DNA of 64,000 bases from Malacoraja senta (taxonomy: Eukaryota), in contig CM075993.1 of NCBI GenBank assembly GCA_038087875.1, positions 2,234,001-2,298,000 of the forward strand, written 5' to 3'. This document shows, piece after piece, positions 49,305 through 61,574 of this stretch. Position 1 is the first letter of the stretch. Every line of letters begins with the position of its first letter. The notes beneath the pieces were generated by a model. That model saw only the letters and a list, made by a program, of their open reading frames with translations, did not search any database and was not told where the DNA came from. A program made the translations under genes and the position numbers.

Positions 49305-50270
49305 ACAGAGGAGCAAAACTGAACTAAGACCGTCATGTAATGCACGGCAAAGTATTGACCAAAAAGCAGACCCTGCTGCTTTTCCCCTTGCCCGAAGTGT
49401 CCATATGGTTCATTCAATAAATAGAGAAGCTCTCAAGTTGTGGAGCAGGGTCAGGTGAGTTAGGAGTGGGCCGCGTTTCTGTGAAACAATAAACACAGCA
49501 GTCCCTGATCACCATGTAGAAACAAGAAACTGCAGAGGCTGGTTTACAAAAAACAAAGACACATAGTTCTGGAGTAACTCAGTGGGGCAGACAGCATCTC
49601 TGGAGACATGGATAGGTGACGTTATGGGTCGGGAGCCTTCAGACTGATTGTAGGGGGTCGAGAAAGCTGGAAGAGGGGAGGGGCAGGACAAAGCATGGTA
49701 GGTGATAGGTGAACACAGGTGAGGTGGGGGGGGGGGGGGGGTTGGTAGGCAGATGGTTGGACAAAGGCCAGAGATGGAAAAAAACAGAAGGTGTGAGACA
49801 AAACGATTATAGAGTTGCAAATTGTCAAGCCAGAATGTGGTTGGAAGGATAGGGGAAGTCCAGGTGAAAGAGCAGCCTTACTCTTGGTTCTTCAAGTACC
49901 ATTGAACCAATGAACCGTTGAACCATTCAAGCTTGTTCTTCATAGGTTCATAGGTTCTAGGAGCAGAATTAGGCCATTCGGCCCATCAAGTCTACTTCGC
50001 CATTCAATCATGGCTGATCTATCTTTCCCTCTCAACCCCATTCTCCTGCCATCTCCCCATAACCCCATAATCAAGAATCGGTCAATCATCTCCTCCTTAA
50101 AATGATCCATTGACTTTGTCTCCACAGCCGTCAGTGGCAATGAATTCCACAGATTCGCCACCCTCTGACTAAAGAAATTCCTCCTCGTCTCCTTTCTAAA
50201 GGTACGTCCTTTTATCCTTCCGTTCTCAAGAGTCTCAAGTTCTTGAAGTGTGACCGGATGTTTGACCCAC

Positions 50271-50424
50271 CTGAAGGCAGAAGCTGAGCTTTCACAACAG
50301 GTATCTCGATCTTCTTCCTGCTGTAGCTGACAAACTTATCTCCAATAAAGATCACAGTGGGGATTATAAAATAGATATGGAATCGCTGTGGCTGAAGCAG
50401 CGCGGCACTGCCGTGCAAGATTAT
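50271..50424 (-). CDS. DUOX: DUOX exon: IILHGSAALLQPQRFHIYFIIPTVIFIGDKFVSYSRKKIEIPVVKAQLLPS(G)
   Basis: 154 bp, AG/GT; LHGS fourth heme His; KAxLLPS. Confidence 0.96.
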
Positions 50425-50570
50425 CTGTTTCAAAAAGACAAGAAAATAGTCAAATGACAAGGATGATTCATTGTTTAAGAAGTAACTGCAGATGCTGGAA
50501 AATCGAAGGTAGACAAAAATGCTGGAGAAACTCAGCGGGTGCGGCAGCATCTATGGAGCGAAGGAAATAA

Positions 50571-50600
50571 GTGACGTTTCGGGTCGAGACCCTTCTTCAG
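50571..50600 (-). ncRNA. Minimal hammerhead ribozyme motif in Penelope-derived repeat: CUGAAGA-A-GGGUC-UC-GACCC-GAAA-C-GUC
   Basis: Exact CUGANGA, 5-bp stem II, GAAAC, GUC triplet; 3-bp stem I (agu/acu). Confidence 0.65.
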
Positions 50601-51287
50601 ACTGATGATTCATTGAATGTTTTTTATCAAGTTGTGATCATTAAGGATACTTCCTTCAAACACAATCCACACTGTATGATTTTGAGGTCACAGAATGTAA
50701 GACCCCCTTAACCTGTCAAAGCTCGGCCTGCTCTCTGTCTCAGTCCTAGTAACCATATAACCATTACAGCACGGAAACAAGCCATCTCGGCCCTTCAAGT
50801 CCGTGCCGAACATTTTTTTAATAAAAAAAAATAAAAAAATACTACCCCCTAGTCCCATCTACCTGCACTCAGACCATAACCCTCCATTCCTTTCCAGTCC
50901 ATATACCCATCCAATCTATTTTTAAAGGATAAAAATGGCTACGTTCAATTTATATGGCTACGTTCAATTTAATTTCCAGCACGTAGTCCTATCAGCTATT
51001 TTTAAAGTTACCACATATGGGTTGGTCATGCAGAACCACTGTGTACATATACTATGTACGCGGCTGATTTTTATTGCCATTATATTTGTATGTGTTTCTA
51101 TCTGACTGGCTTTACTTGTTTCCCGAAGAAATTTAACGGGTGGCTTTAATAGACGATAGAGATTCCAAGAATGTTTCCTTGAAAGAGTTGAACGAATCAA
51201 GCTCTTCCATAGTAATTTGGCATTTTTCAATATTTACCTGCTTAAAAATTACCAGTGGTGTTGAACTTGCCACATCTGGTTGGTTGA

Positions 51288-51598
51288 GGGCGGCACGGTG
51301 GCACAGCGGTAGAATCGCTGCCTCACAGCGCCAGAGACCCGGGTTCGATCCTGACTATGGGTGCTGTCTGTACAGAGTTTGTAGGTTCTCCCTGTGACAT
51401 GGTGGTATATCATGGAGTGCTCCAGTTTCCTCCCACACTCCAAAGATGTACAGGTTTGTACGTTAACTGGCTTTGGTAAAGATGCTAAATAGTCCCTAGT
51501 GTGCGGGATAGTGGTAGTGTATGGGGCTCACTGGTCGACGTGGACTTGGTAGGCCGGAAGGATTATTTCCGTGCTGTATCTATAAACTAAACCAAACT
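51288..51598 (+). mobile_element. HE1-like SINE
   Basis: Full-length match. Confidence 0.85.
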
Positions 51599-52118
51599 AT
51601 ATATAAGCAGGAGCTCCAGACTAAACTCACTGCCATTAGCTCATTAGATTAACCTCAAATTAATTTAATGTGTCTCTCGGCTGTATTTTCCCTTGGCTAG
51701 TAGTTGTCATACAGTGTGGCTAACAGGCCCTGCGGCTCAACTTGCCCACACCGACCACACGCATCCCACCTGCCTGTGTTTGACCCATATCCCTCTAAAC
51801 TTGTGTAGGAAGGAACTGCAGTTGCTGGTTTAAACCGAAGATAAACACAAAATGCTGGAGTAACTCAGCGGGACAGGCTGCATCTCTGGAGAGCAGGAAT
51901 GGGTGATGTTTCAGGTCGAGACCCCTCTTCAGACTCTGTCTAAACCTCAGACCCTCCCTCTAAACCTGTCCTATCCATGTACCTGTCCAAATGGTTCTTA
52001 AATGTTGCGAAAGTCCCAGCCTCAACTACCTCCTCCGACAGCTCGTTCCATACACCCACCACCCTTTGCGTGAAAATGTTACCCCTCAGGTTCCTTTTAA
52101 ATCTATCAATGTTCTTAC

Positions 52119-52246
52119 CAAGATATATATCACGATGTAGAGGTGGTGTGACAGCCAGAATGCTCGAAAGCTGATGCGTCGGAAGTAGTGCAAGGCAAAG
52201 ATGTGTAGAAAAGAAAATACGAAAAGAAGAAGAACTCCAGTCATTC
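52119..52246 (-). CDS. DUOX: DUOX exon: (G)[42 protein letters not shown]
   Basis: 128 bp, AG/GT; FWLxHHLY heme-ligand motif. Confidence 0.96.
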
Positions 52247-52361
52247 CTGAAAAACAAAAGAATATTTATGAAATTAATAACTATTTCATAAGTTTCATTT
52301 GGTGGATTTTTCTCCATTCAATGAATGTTTAGTCAATCTGGGGTTCCCCACAATTAGTTTT

Positions 52362-52670
52362 ACTTTTAGTTTAGAGATACAGAGCAGAAACAGGCCCTTC
52401 GGCCCACCCAGTCCGCACCGCCCAGCGATCCCCACACGTGAACACTATCCTACACATACGAGGGACAATTTTACATTTACACCAAGCCAATTAACCTACA
52501 AACCTGTTCGTCTTTGGAGTGTGGAAGGAAACCGAAGCTCTCGGAGAAAACCCAATCAGGTCACGGGGAGAACGTACAAACTCCTTATAGACAGCACCCG
52601 TGGTCGGGATTGAATCCGGGTCTCTGGCGCTGTAAGGCAGCAACTCTACCGCTGCGCCACCGTGCCGCCC
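52362..52670 (-). mobile_element. HE1-like SINE
   Basis: Full-length reverse-complement match. Confidence 0.9.
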
Positions 52671-53609
52671 CAAATGATTTCACAGATCATTTAATTTAAT
52701 GGTTTAATTTAACTCACATTAAAAAGCAACAGTTTCTTTATTGTCAGGTGCATACAGCTCAGCACGACTCTCCCCGTATATGAGCACAATCACCCCGGTC
52801 AGTACAGTGTGTGTAGAACAACCCACCCACAGGCACCATTTTGGTGCCATTTTACAGTCCCAGCTGCAGCTGGCCACAAAGCCCATTGCAGCAGTTGCCT
52901 CTATTCCAGTCGTCCTGCGATCCCATGTCCCTCTCCACGCCCGGCCCTCCCAGCCCTCCTTCCCCGAGGGCACCTCCCGCAGCACAGAGTCTCTGGCCCA
53001 GAGTAGGTGAATCGAGGACCAGAGGACAGAGGTTTAAGGTGACGGTAGAAAAGATTTAATAGGAATCTGAGGGGTAACTTTTTCACACAAAGGGCGGTGG
53101 GTGTATGGAACGAGCTGCCAGAGGAGGTAGTTGAGGCTGGGACTATCCCAACGTTTAAGAAACAGTTAGACAGGTACATAGATAGGACCGGTCTGGAGGG
53201 AGATGGACCAAACGCGGGCAGGTGCATCTTAAACTATCGAGCCCTTGTAATCTTCCCCCACATTGGATTGGCACTGCTCCTTTCCACCTCCCCTCCAACC
53301 CTGTGGTGTAGAAACCTCTATTGTAGAATTTCTAGTCCATTTGATTGGAAATGCTTGCAATGTTGCTTGTGCAAAACATACCAGTGCATTGTACTCAGGT
53401 TTCAATATATTTCTTCACATCATTGCAGCTAAATTTCTGATGTAGATTTCTACATATAAATGTAATTATACGACACATTCTACAACAGAGGACAAACTTG
53501 GGTCCTCCAGTAATGCTGCCTCACCCACCAAATTACTCCAGCACTTTGTGCACTTTGCAAGATTTCAGCATCTGCAGTCTCTTTTATCTACAAACCATCT
53601 ATTGCCTTC

Positions 53610-53754
53610 GCAAAGGGGTGGAAGATTGCAACCTTCACGTGGCCCGCCCTGTTTCAACTAATGCAATCAACCTGGCGTGCACAATCAAATAAGATCAAAT
53701 AGAACAAGTTGTCCTACAACTTTAGGCTGTGCACGCCATACGCAAGAAGAAGAA
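53610..53754 (+). mobile_element. Short retroposed element with (AAG)n tail
   Basis: TSD gccttc (53604-53609 / 53755-53760); inverted repeat tggcgtgcaca/tgtgcacgcca; tail caagaagaagaa. Confidence 0.65.
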
Positions 53755-53786
53755 GCCTTCACAAATATGTACGTGGGTGTACGTAC

Positions 53787-53836
53787 CTGTAATATTGCGA
53801 AAAAACCACCAGTGGAACTTCTTGGGTATTTCGGAC
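53787..53836 (-). CDS. DUOX: DUOX exon: SEIPKKFHWWFFRNIT(G)
   Basis: 50 bp, cttgtag acceptor and gtacgt donor; WWFF motif. Confidence 0.93.
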
Positions 53837-53993
53837 CTACAAGGAAAGGCAATATCGTGCGTTATACTACACAGCAAAGATGTATTTACTGAATCATCAC
53901 AGAGATGTGGAAAGCCGCAAATGTAACACCACTATTTGAGAAAGAATGGATGACAATAGCGGGGGAGGGATGTAGAGAGAGGGAATGCAAGGG

Positions 53994-54107
53994 TTACTTG
54001 AAATTAGAGAAGTCAATGTTCATACCGCTGGGGTGTAAGCTACCCAAGCGAAATATGAGGTGCTGTTCCTCCAATTTGCATTTGGCCTCACTCTGACAAT
54101 GGAAGAG
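53994..54107 (-). mobile_element. Penelope-like element GIY-YIG C-terminus: LFHCQSEAKCKLEEQHLIFRLGSLHPSGMNIDFSNFK*
   Basis: Hand translation; E..LI..L....P.G.N is the GIY-YIG terminal motif. Confidence 0.8.
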
Positions 54108-54650
54108 GAATTGTCAAGGAGGACTCCCTCTAACTTCTACAGGTGCACAGTAGAGAGCATGCTGACTGGTTGCATCGTGGCTTGGTTCGGCAACTTGAGC
54201 GCCCTGGAGAGGAAAAGACTACAAAAAGTAGTAAACACTGCCCAGTCCATCATCAGCTCTGACCTCCCTTCCATCGAGGGGATCTATCGCAGTCGCTGCC
54301 TCAAAAAGGCTGGCAGTATCATCAAGGACCCACACCATCCTGGCCACACACTCATCTCCCTACTACCTTCAGGTAGAAGGTACAGGAGCCTGAAGACTGC
54401 AACGACCAGGTTCAGGAATAGCTACTTCCCCACAGCCATCAGGCTATTAAACCTGGCTCAGACAAAACACTGAACTTTATTAGCCAATTAACTGTTATTT
54501 GCACTTTATCAGTATATTGATTCATGTGTGTATATATTTATAGAATGCCTTGAAGTCAATGCCTACTATGTTCAGTTGTGCTGAAGCAAAGCAAGAATTT
54601 CATTGTCCTATCAGGGACACATGACAATAAACTCACTAGACTTGACTTGA
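54108..54650 (+). mobile_element. Rex1/Babar-clade LINE 3' fragment
   Basis: FYRCTVESMLTGCIVAWFG...DPHHPGH..LLPSGRRYRS...RFRNSYFPTAIRLLN*; aataaa and (acttg)n tail. Confidence 0.88.
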
Positions 54651-56049
54651 ATATGTTGGATAGCTAGACATATGGGGCTTTGTTTCAGAATTGCCGAGCT
54701 ACAGGAAGGATGCTATTAAGCTGGAAAAGGTGCAACAAGGATTCCCAAGGTGGTTACCAGGACAGGAGTTATTAGGAGAGACTGGATTGACTGGGGCTGT
54801 ATTAGCTGAAGCGTAGGTGTTTGAGGGGTGACCTTATAGAGGTAAATAATATTACGGGGGGCACAGATAAGGTGAATGGTCACAGTCTTTTTCTCAGGTA
54901 AGGGTGTCTAAAACTAGAAGGCAAAATTGACAGTTAAGTTTGAGGTGAGAGAGAAAAGACTCAAAGGGAACCCAAGGCAGGTTTTTCACACAGAGAATGG
55001 TGGGTATGTGGAACGAGTTGCCTGAGAAAGTGGTAGCAGTGGGTACAATTACAATGTCTAATAGATATTTAAACAGGTGTATGGATAGGAACGGTATAGA
55101 AGAATGTGGACCAAGCTCAGGTAGGCAATGTGGTCAGCATGAACGTTGGGCCGAATGGCCTGTTTTTGAGCTGTATAACTGGGTAACTCCAAGGCCGAGA
55201 TGAGAAGGAATGTCTTCTCTCAGGAGTTTGTAAATCTGTGGAATTCTCTCCCTCAAAGAGCTGGGATTATAGAGGCATTGAATACTAAAGGTGGAAACCG
55301 GCAGATATTTGAACTACATGCCACACACGGCTGTAGAGACCAAGTCAATGGATAGCTTTAAGGCACAGATTGATAGAGTTTTGGTTAGTACTGGTGTCAG
55401 GGTTATGGGGAGACGGCAGGAGAATGGGGTCGCGAGTGAAAGATAGATCAGCCATAATTGAATGGTAGAGTAGTCTTGATGGGCCGAATGGCCCAATTCT
55501 GCTGCTATAGCTTATGTCAAGGATTAAGGGAAGTAAGAGAGCAGGTGGTCAAGATTGGATCCTTCAAGGCACAGTCTGCGTATTTCTACTATTGCTCTTT
55601 TCCGAAGCTTCGTTCTTATGTTGAGTTGATGGAAGATCTGATTCAGTGCTTTATGCCCCACCTCATTACGCCAACTATTACAACATGCATGGATAGGAAA
55701 CATCTGTTTTGTCCTGGCAGACATTTCAATTACATGCCACAGTCAACTGTGGAGGCCAAGTCAATGGATATTTGTAAGGCAGAGATTGATAGATTCTTGA
55801 TTAGTATGGGTGTCAGGGGTTATAAGGATAAGGCAGGAGAATGGGGTTGAGAGGGAAAGTTAGATCAGCCATGAGTGAATGGCGGAGTCGACTTAATGGG
55901 TCGAATGGCCTAATTCTGCTCTTATAACTTACGAACTTATGAAAAATAATAATTTAGAATTGCACAATGCAGAATTGCACAATTTCCAGGAGTGTGAAAG
56001 GTTCCATGTAAATTGGAATACTTTAATTTTTTTAATGAATTAAACTTAC

Positions 56050-56149
56050 CCATCATCATAGATTACATCAGGGAAGAGGCAGGCAAGAACATTGAGTGGA
56101 TGAGCAGAGAATGAGTAGATATTGACTGCATGAGCTGCACTGTGGAGAA
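56050..56149 (-). CDS. DUOX: DUOX exon: (V)[32 protein letters not shown](G)
   Basis: 100 bp, tttgcag acceptor and gtaagt donor; LHSxxHxxN heme-ligand motif. Confidence 0.95.
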
Positions 56150-57266
56150 CTGCAAAATGTAGTAAAAATTAAAATGTTACACGTATAATTGTAGTTCTGG
56201 CTTTCACAACCAATAACCAAGAGGCAGCGAATGGAACAACAGATCAGGAATTTATCTCTTATTGTTATTCTGCTCAAATTTAAACCACATTCATGATCTA
56301 AAGCTTCTTGTGCTCAATAGATTTAACCGTGATGGTTAGCATGCCATGCTAACTAAGTTGGGAGGTGATGTTGCAGTTGTATAAGACGTTGGTGAGGCCA
56401 CATTTAGAGTATTGTAGGTAGAGAAAAATGCTGGAGAAACTCAGCGGGTGAGGCAGCATCTATAGATGCTGCCTTACCCGCTGAGTTTCTCCAGCATTTT
56501 TGTGTACCTTTTATTTTAATTTAGATGCCTTTCCACACCCCAACAATATTGCATAAATATGAAGGTAAACAAATTACTGTAGTGACAATCAGTATTAGTG
56601 CAAGTTTACCCTCCAAGGCATTAATTATTTTAATTTAGATGCATTTCCAGGCCTCAACGACACTGCATAAAAATGATCAGCATCTGCATTAATTACCTTA
56701 AATTCCATCATTAAAAAAAAAAGATTTGAACCTGTCCTTTTGCAGTTCTTTCTTAAACATTTAGAGTATTGTGTTCAGTTCTGGGCACCGTGCTATAGGA
56801 AAGATGTTGTCAGGCTGGACAGGGTATAGAGAAGATTTACGAGGATGTTGCCAGGACTGGATGGTCTGAGCTAGAGGGAGAGGTTGAGTAGGCTTGGACT
56901 ATCCCAACATTTAAGAAACAGTTAGACAGGTACATGGATAAGACAGGTTTGGAGGGATCTGGTCCAAACGCGGGCAGGTGGGACTAGTGTAGCTGGGACA
57001 TGTTGGTCGGTGTGGGCAAGTTGGGCCGAAGGGCTTGTTTCCACACTGTATCACTCTGTGACTCTCTGACTCTCTGACTCATGCAAGGAAAGACACAAAG
57101 TGATGATGTAACTCAGATGGGCCAGTCAGCACCCCCTGGAGAATGTGATTGGTGACATTTCAGACCCGGAAGATGGGTCCCGACCCGAAACGTCACCTGT
57201 CCATCCATGTCCTCCTGAAACGCGACCTGACCCGTTGAGCTACCTACTACCTGAGAGGTGCCATAC

Positions 57267-57497
57267 CTGAGAAGAAGGCAGCAGCCATTGCAATCCAGCG
57301 ATGGAAGTCGACGGCTGAATCAAAGGGAATGTAGTGGTTGAGAAAGGTTTCCCGCAGTACTGTGATGAGGTTGCGACACATGGTGAGGAGCAGGTAGGAG
57401 TACATGAAGGACACTGAGGCTGCTGAACCACGGGCAATGATCAGGCCGACTCTTGTGGTTTGGGGCACTCCAGAGTGCTCTCTCAAAACCGCATAAT
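57267..57497 (-). CDS. DUOX: DUOX exon, ferric reductase TM: ...[58 protein letters not shown]
   Basis: 231 bp, [14 protein letters not shown] and DFHRWIA (heme His) NOX/DUOX motifs. Confidence 0.97.
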
Positions 57498-57570
57498 CTG
57501 TAGAGAAAGGCGAAAACATCAGCTGTGCAAACAAGAAACTAACAACAGCAACCTAACATCCCAAAGTCAA

Positions 57571-57845
57571 GGGTTTCGGCCCGAAACGTTGCCTATTTCC
57601 TTCGCTCCATAGATGCTGCTGCACCCGCTGAGTTTCTCCAGCATTTTTGTGTACCTGCTGGAGAAACTCAGCGGGTGCAGCAGCATCTATGGAGCGAAGG
57701 AAATAGGCAACGTTTCGGCCCGAAACCCTTCCGGGTTTCGTCCCGAAACGTTGCCTATTTCCTTCAGGGTTTCGGCCCGAAACGTTGCCTATTTCCTTCG
57801 CTCCATAGATGCTGCTGCTGAGTTTCTCCAGCATTTTTGTGTACC
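57571..57845. mobile_element. Second Penelope-derived subfamily, multimeric/inverted insertion next to a DUOX acceptor
   Basis: Four arms with ccgaaacgttgcctatttcc; 12-bp TSD tcccaaagtcaa (57559-57570 / 57846-57857). Confidence 0.82.
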
Positions 57846-58277
57846 TCCCAAAGTCAATGCTCTATATGGCCAGCGTGCCAAAATATCTTCCCTCCATCCC
57901 TCCCTCCCATCCCTCCCCACGCTTCAAAGTCATCTTGTTGAGTCTCATTGTACTGGTTCTCACCTAGCAAACAGCTAACAATGGCCTGTTTCCTTTTCAT
58001 TATCGATACCTTTTTCCAAATATCTTTCATTCATTTGTTCTATATCTCTCTACCTCACCATCTATACCTCTCGTTTCCCTCTCCCCTGGCTCTCAGTCCG
58101 AAGAAGTGACTCCAGCATTTTGTGTCTATCTTGTGGGCTGAAGGGCTTGTTCCTCTCCTCTACTGTTCTAAAATGATTGAGAGGTGAGGTTGAAGTAAAG
58201 TTTTGGTAAGCGTATTCGCTATTAAAGATATGCAAGGACAGGGAATCTAAATAGCAAGTAGAATTAGATTCTGTTCA

Positions 58278-58735
58278 TATCTTCATAGGGTGGAACGGAC
58301 TTGACGACAAACAGACTTAAGTTGTTGAATTTCTCAGTTCAGATTCGGTTTTGCTCTGTTTTGTATTTTTATTTATTTTATTTTTATTCTTATTTTATTA
58401 TCAATTTTTTTAAAATTTTCTTTTAGTTTAGGGGGGTTTTGTTTTTTTCTTTTTTCTTTTTGTCTTTTTATCTTTGCTTTTTTTTACATTTATAAGTTTC
58501 CTTTAAAAAAATTAACTGTATTTAAATAGAGACCGGGGAGGTTTCTTCCCCAAAATATTCATTGTGTATTTTGACACTGGTCTGATATTTAGGTTATACC
58601 TGTTATTAATGTAATCCTGATCCCTATGTATCAGTGCCATTGTTATGTTTATCAGTATTGTTTTTGCTCTGTTTTTTATGTTTTATTTTTGTTTTTGTTT
58701 TTTGGAAAAAAAAACAATAAAAAGATTTTAAAAGG
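58278..58735 (+). mobile_element. T-rich retroposed 3'-UTR fragment (L1/Tx1-like)
   Basis: 9-bp TSD ttctgttca (58269-58277 / 58736-58744); aataaa followed by A-rich end. Confidence 0.5.
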
Positions 58736-58818
58736 TTCTGTTCAGCCATGATCTAACAGAATATTGAAAACTAAAATACATTTCTGTTCCTTCCATGCAA
58801 ACAAAATGTGGTACTTAC

Positions 58819-58997
58819 AGTAAGCACGCTCAATAAATACACCGGCAGTAATCGCAAAGAAGATCAGGGCACAAAAAATTTGGCGTTGATGGTTTTGAAT
58901 ATATTGAATGTATTCATAAATTTTCTGCTGAAATTTGTTTTTAGAATGCTTTTCCCGTTTTGCTTCGGCAAACACTTTTCTTGGCGGTTGAGAACTT
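58819..58997 (-). CDS. DUOX: DUOX exon: SSQPPRKVFAEAKREK...NHQRQIFCALIFFAITAGVFIERAY(Y)
   Basis: 179 bp, AG/GT bounded; first TM helix of the NOX domain. Confidence 0.95.
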
Positions 58998-59054
58998 CTG
59001 AAACGAAAATAGGGAAAAAATAAATCACTGAACATGCCAACGGATAAAAGGGCT

Positions 59055-59345
59055 ATGGCAGTGGGGGAGTTGCTGCCTCACAGTGCCAGAGACCCGGGTT
59101 CGACCCGGGTGCTGTCTGTACGGGGTTTGTACGTTCTCCCCGTGACCTGCGTGGGTTTTCTCCGGGTGCTCAGGTTTCCTCCCACACTCCAGAGACGTGC
59201 GGGTTTGTAGGCTAATTGGCTTCGGTAAAATTGTAAATTGTCCCTAGTGTGTGCAGGATTGTGTTAGTGTGCGGGGATCGCTGGTCGACGCGGGCTCGGT
59301 GGACCGAAGGTTCTGCTCCACACTGCATCTCTAAACTAAACAAAA
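59055..59345 (+). mobile_element. HE1-like SINE
   Basis: Full-length match. Confidence 0.85.
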
Positions 59346-59860
59346 CTATGTATTGCCTTTTATACAGTCTGGTCCCAAATTCAAAGAAGTATATTTGAAA
59401 GGGCAATAATCGTAACACCCAAATCGGAAACCAAAGTTCACATTGCAGGCCTTTATAAACAGCATGGCCAGGGAATCTAGGAGCCTTTCCGTAGACTGGT
59501 TAGCATGCAACAAAAGCTTTTCACTGTACCTGTGACAAACTAAACTGAAACAACTGTTGGACACGATAGTCATTTGGTTTCCTTCGGTTTCATAACAACT
59601 AGAGGATCTTTTACATCCACCTCAGAAAATTCCTCAGTAGGAAAATGGTGAAAAGGAAGAAGTGGTGGTACGTGGTTTCAAGGTTTCTTCCCCTCTCTTA
59701 TCAGGCTTCTGAATGGTCTCCATAAGCCAGGGTACTGTCCGATTCACCTCTACCCCATTGCGGACATTGGACTTTGTCTCTGGAACTGATGTGCTGTAAA
59801 GTTGAGAACCTTAAGTCGCGTAAGTGGGACAGGCCCATTACAACTTAAATAATGCCTTAC

Positions 59861-59971
59861 TTTTTGCCAAATCGTTTTCGCAGGTCCTTAACAAAGCCGT
59901 CCTGGCTTGGCGTCTGGCTTGCTTCCAGTTCACTAGTCTGCGGTTGGCTGACTTCTGTATTTTCGACCTTG
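59861..59971 (-). CDS. DUOX: DUOX linker exon: KVENTEVSQPQTSELEASQTPSQDGFVKDLRKRFGK(K)
   Basis: 111 bp, tttttcag acceptor and gtaagg donor; ends in the conserved (L)RKRFGKK; phase continuous. Confidence 0.88.
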
Positions 59972-60290
59972 CTGAAAAACGCCAAAGAATGATATTCATA
60001 ATGTCCCAGGAATATTTAACAAACCTTGCTCGCGTCCGAACACAAACCATTTTGTCGCATGCTATCCGGTTAGCAGAAAACAGGGAGGTACTAGAGGCTG
60101 CAGATGATGAAATCTGGAGCAAAAATAAATTTTCGTTGCAATTGATGGTTTTTCTAATTGAAAAATTAGAATTTTCTAATGTGTTATATGATTCACGTTC
60201 TAGCCTGTGTTGTCTATATATCCTCCATTAGCTTCATAGTTTTGAAGACCTCCAATAGCTTCCTCCCCCAGTTGTCTCCTGGTTACTCAC

Positions 60291-60357
60291 TCGTCTTGCT
60301 TTTTCTTCAATATGAAGGAAACCCGACTGGATCCGCCATTATGCGGGCCTTTTACAC
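60291..60357 (-). CDS. DUOX: DUOX linker exon: (G)VKGPHNGGSSRVSFILKKKQD(D)
   Basis: 67 bp, ccaccag acceptor and gtgagt donor, phases match neighbours; RVSFI motif. Confidence 0.85.
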
Positions 60358-60531
60358 CTGGTGGAATAAATGAGATAACGAAGGTGAATCCCTTACTCCC
60401 AAACATAACTGTCACAAGATGTGCAGGATTGAGATAAAATTACCACGTTTAGGTGGCCATTAGACAGACACTTAAACAGGCAAGTCATAGCTCGATGCGG
60501 TGCTAATGCGGCAAATAAGGTTAGTGTAGAT

Positions 60532-60849
60532 GGGCGATCACGGTGGCGCAGCGGTAGAGTTGCTGCTTAACAGCGCTTGCAATGCCGGAGACCTGGGTTC
60601 TACTCCGACTGCAGGTGCTGTCTGCACAGAGTTTGTACGTTCTCCCTGTGACCTGCGTGGGTTTTTTCCGAGATCTTCGCTTTCCTCCCACACTCCAAAG
60701 ATATACAGGTTTGTAGGTTAATTGTCTTGGCGCATGTGTAAAAATTGTCCCTAGTGTGTGTAGGATAGTGTTAATGTGCGGGGATCGCTGGTCGGCACGG
60801 ACCCGGTGGGCCGAATGGCCTGTTTCCGCGTTGTATCTCTAAACTAAAG
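60532..60849 (+). mobile_element. HE1-like SINE
   Basis: Full-length match. Confidence 0.88.
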
Positions 60850-61023
60850 ATGGGCAAATACATAAAATGCTTTAAATAAATAAATGTAAGCATTGTATAA
60901 TCCACTGACCAATCTCAATGAAAGGCTGTGAAAAATCATAGCCTCGTGTTGCATTTGATATTTGGAGTTTAGGATTTAATGCCAGACAAATGACCAAGAG
61001 AATGGTGAAATGTCTTTACTGAC

Positions 61024-61199
61024 CCTTCACATTGAGCTGAGCTAACTCCAACTCGGTGTAATGATCTCGGAACAAATAATGGAAATCTTCCCACATTAAC
61101 TCCTCCTTATTTTCGAATCCAGCTTCTTTGAACATCGACTCGATCACCTTATCTATCTGATCTTTTGACAAGCAGTTGTTAGAGATCTCGATGAATGAC
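61024..61199 (-). CDS. DUOX: DUOX exon: [58 protein letters not shown](G)
   Basis: AG/GT bounded, phase continuous with flanking exons; [12 protein letters not shown] and WEDFH are DUOX signatures. Confidence 0.95.
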
Positions 61200-61574
61200 C
61201 TAAAAAAAAGGCAAAAGCAAATAGAAATAGATGAGTGATCCCAAAATCGAAAATCCTAAATGATGCCCTCTCTTTAGCTGTCTTAGAAAGAAAGCATTGA
61301 GAATTAACAATTGTCTGGAAATAATAATAAAACCATTTTTTAACTCTGCACCTGCACCTCGGTGATTGCCAGTCACCCCCCCCCCTCCCCGGACACTCCT
61401 TCCCCAGAAAAATTGCACTACTGATACTGCTGTATATATGTATATTTTACTGCTCATTATTCCTAAGTTCCCTCTTCTGGGTGAGATGCTAACTGCATTT
61501 TGTTGTCTCTGTACTGTACACTGCACAATGACAATTAAAGATTGAATTGAATTGAAAATTGAACAGGCTATTTA

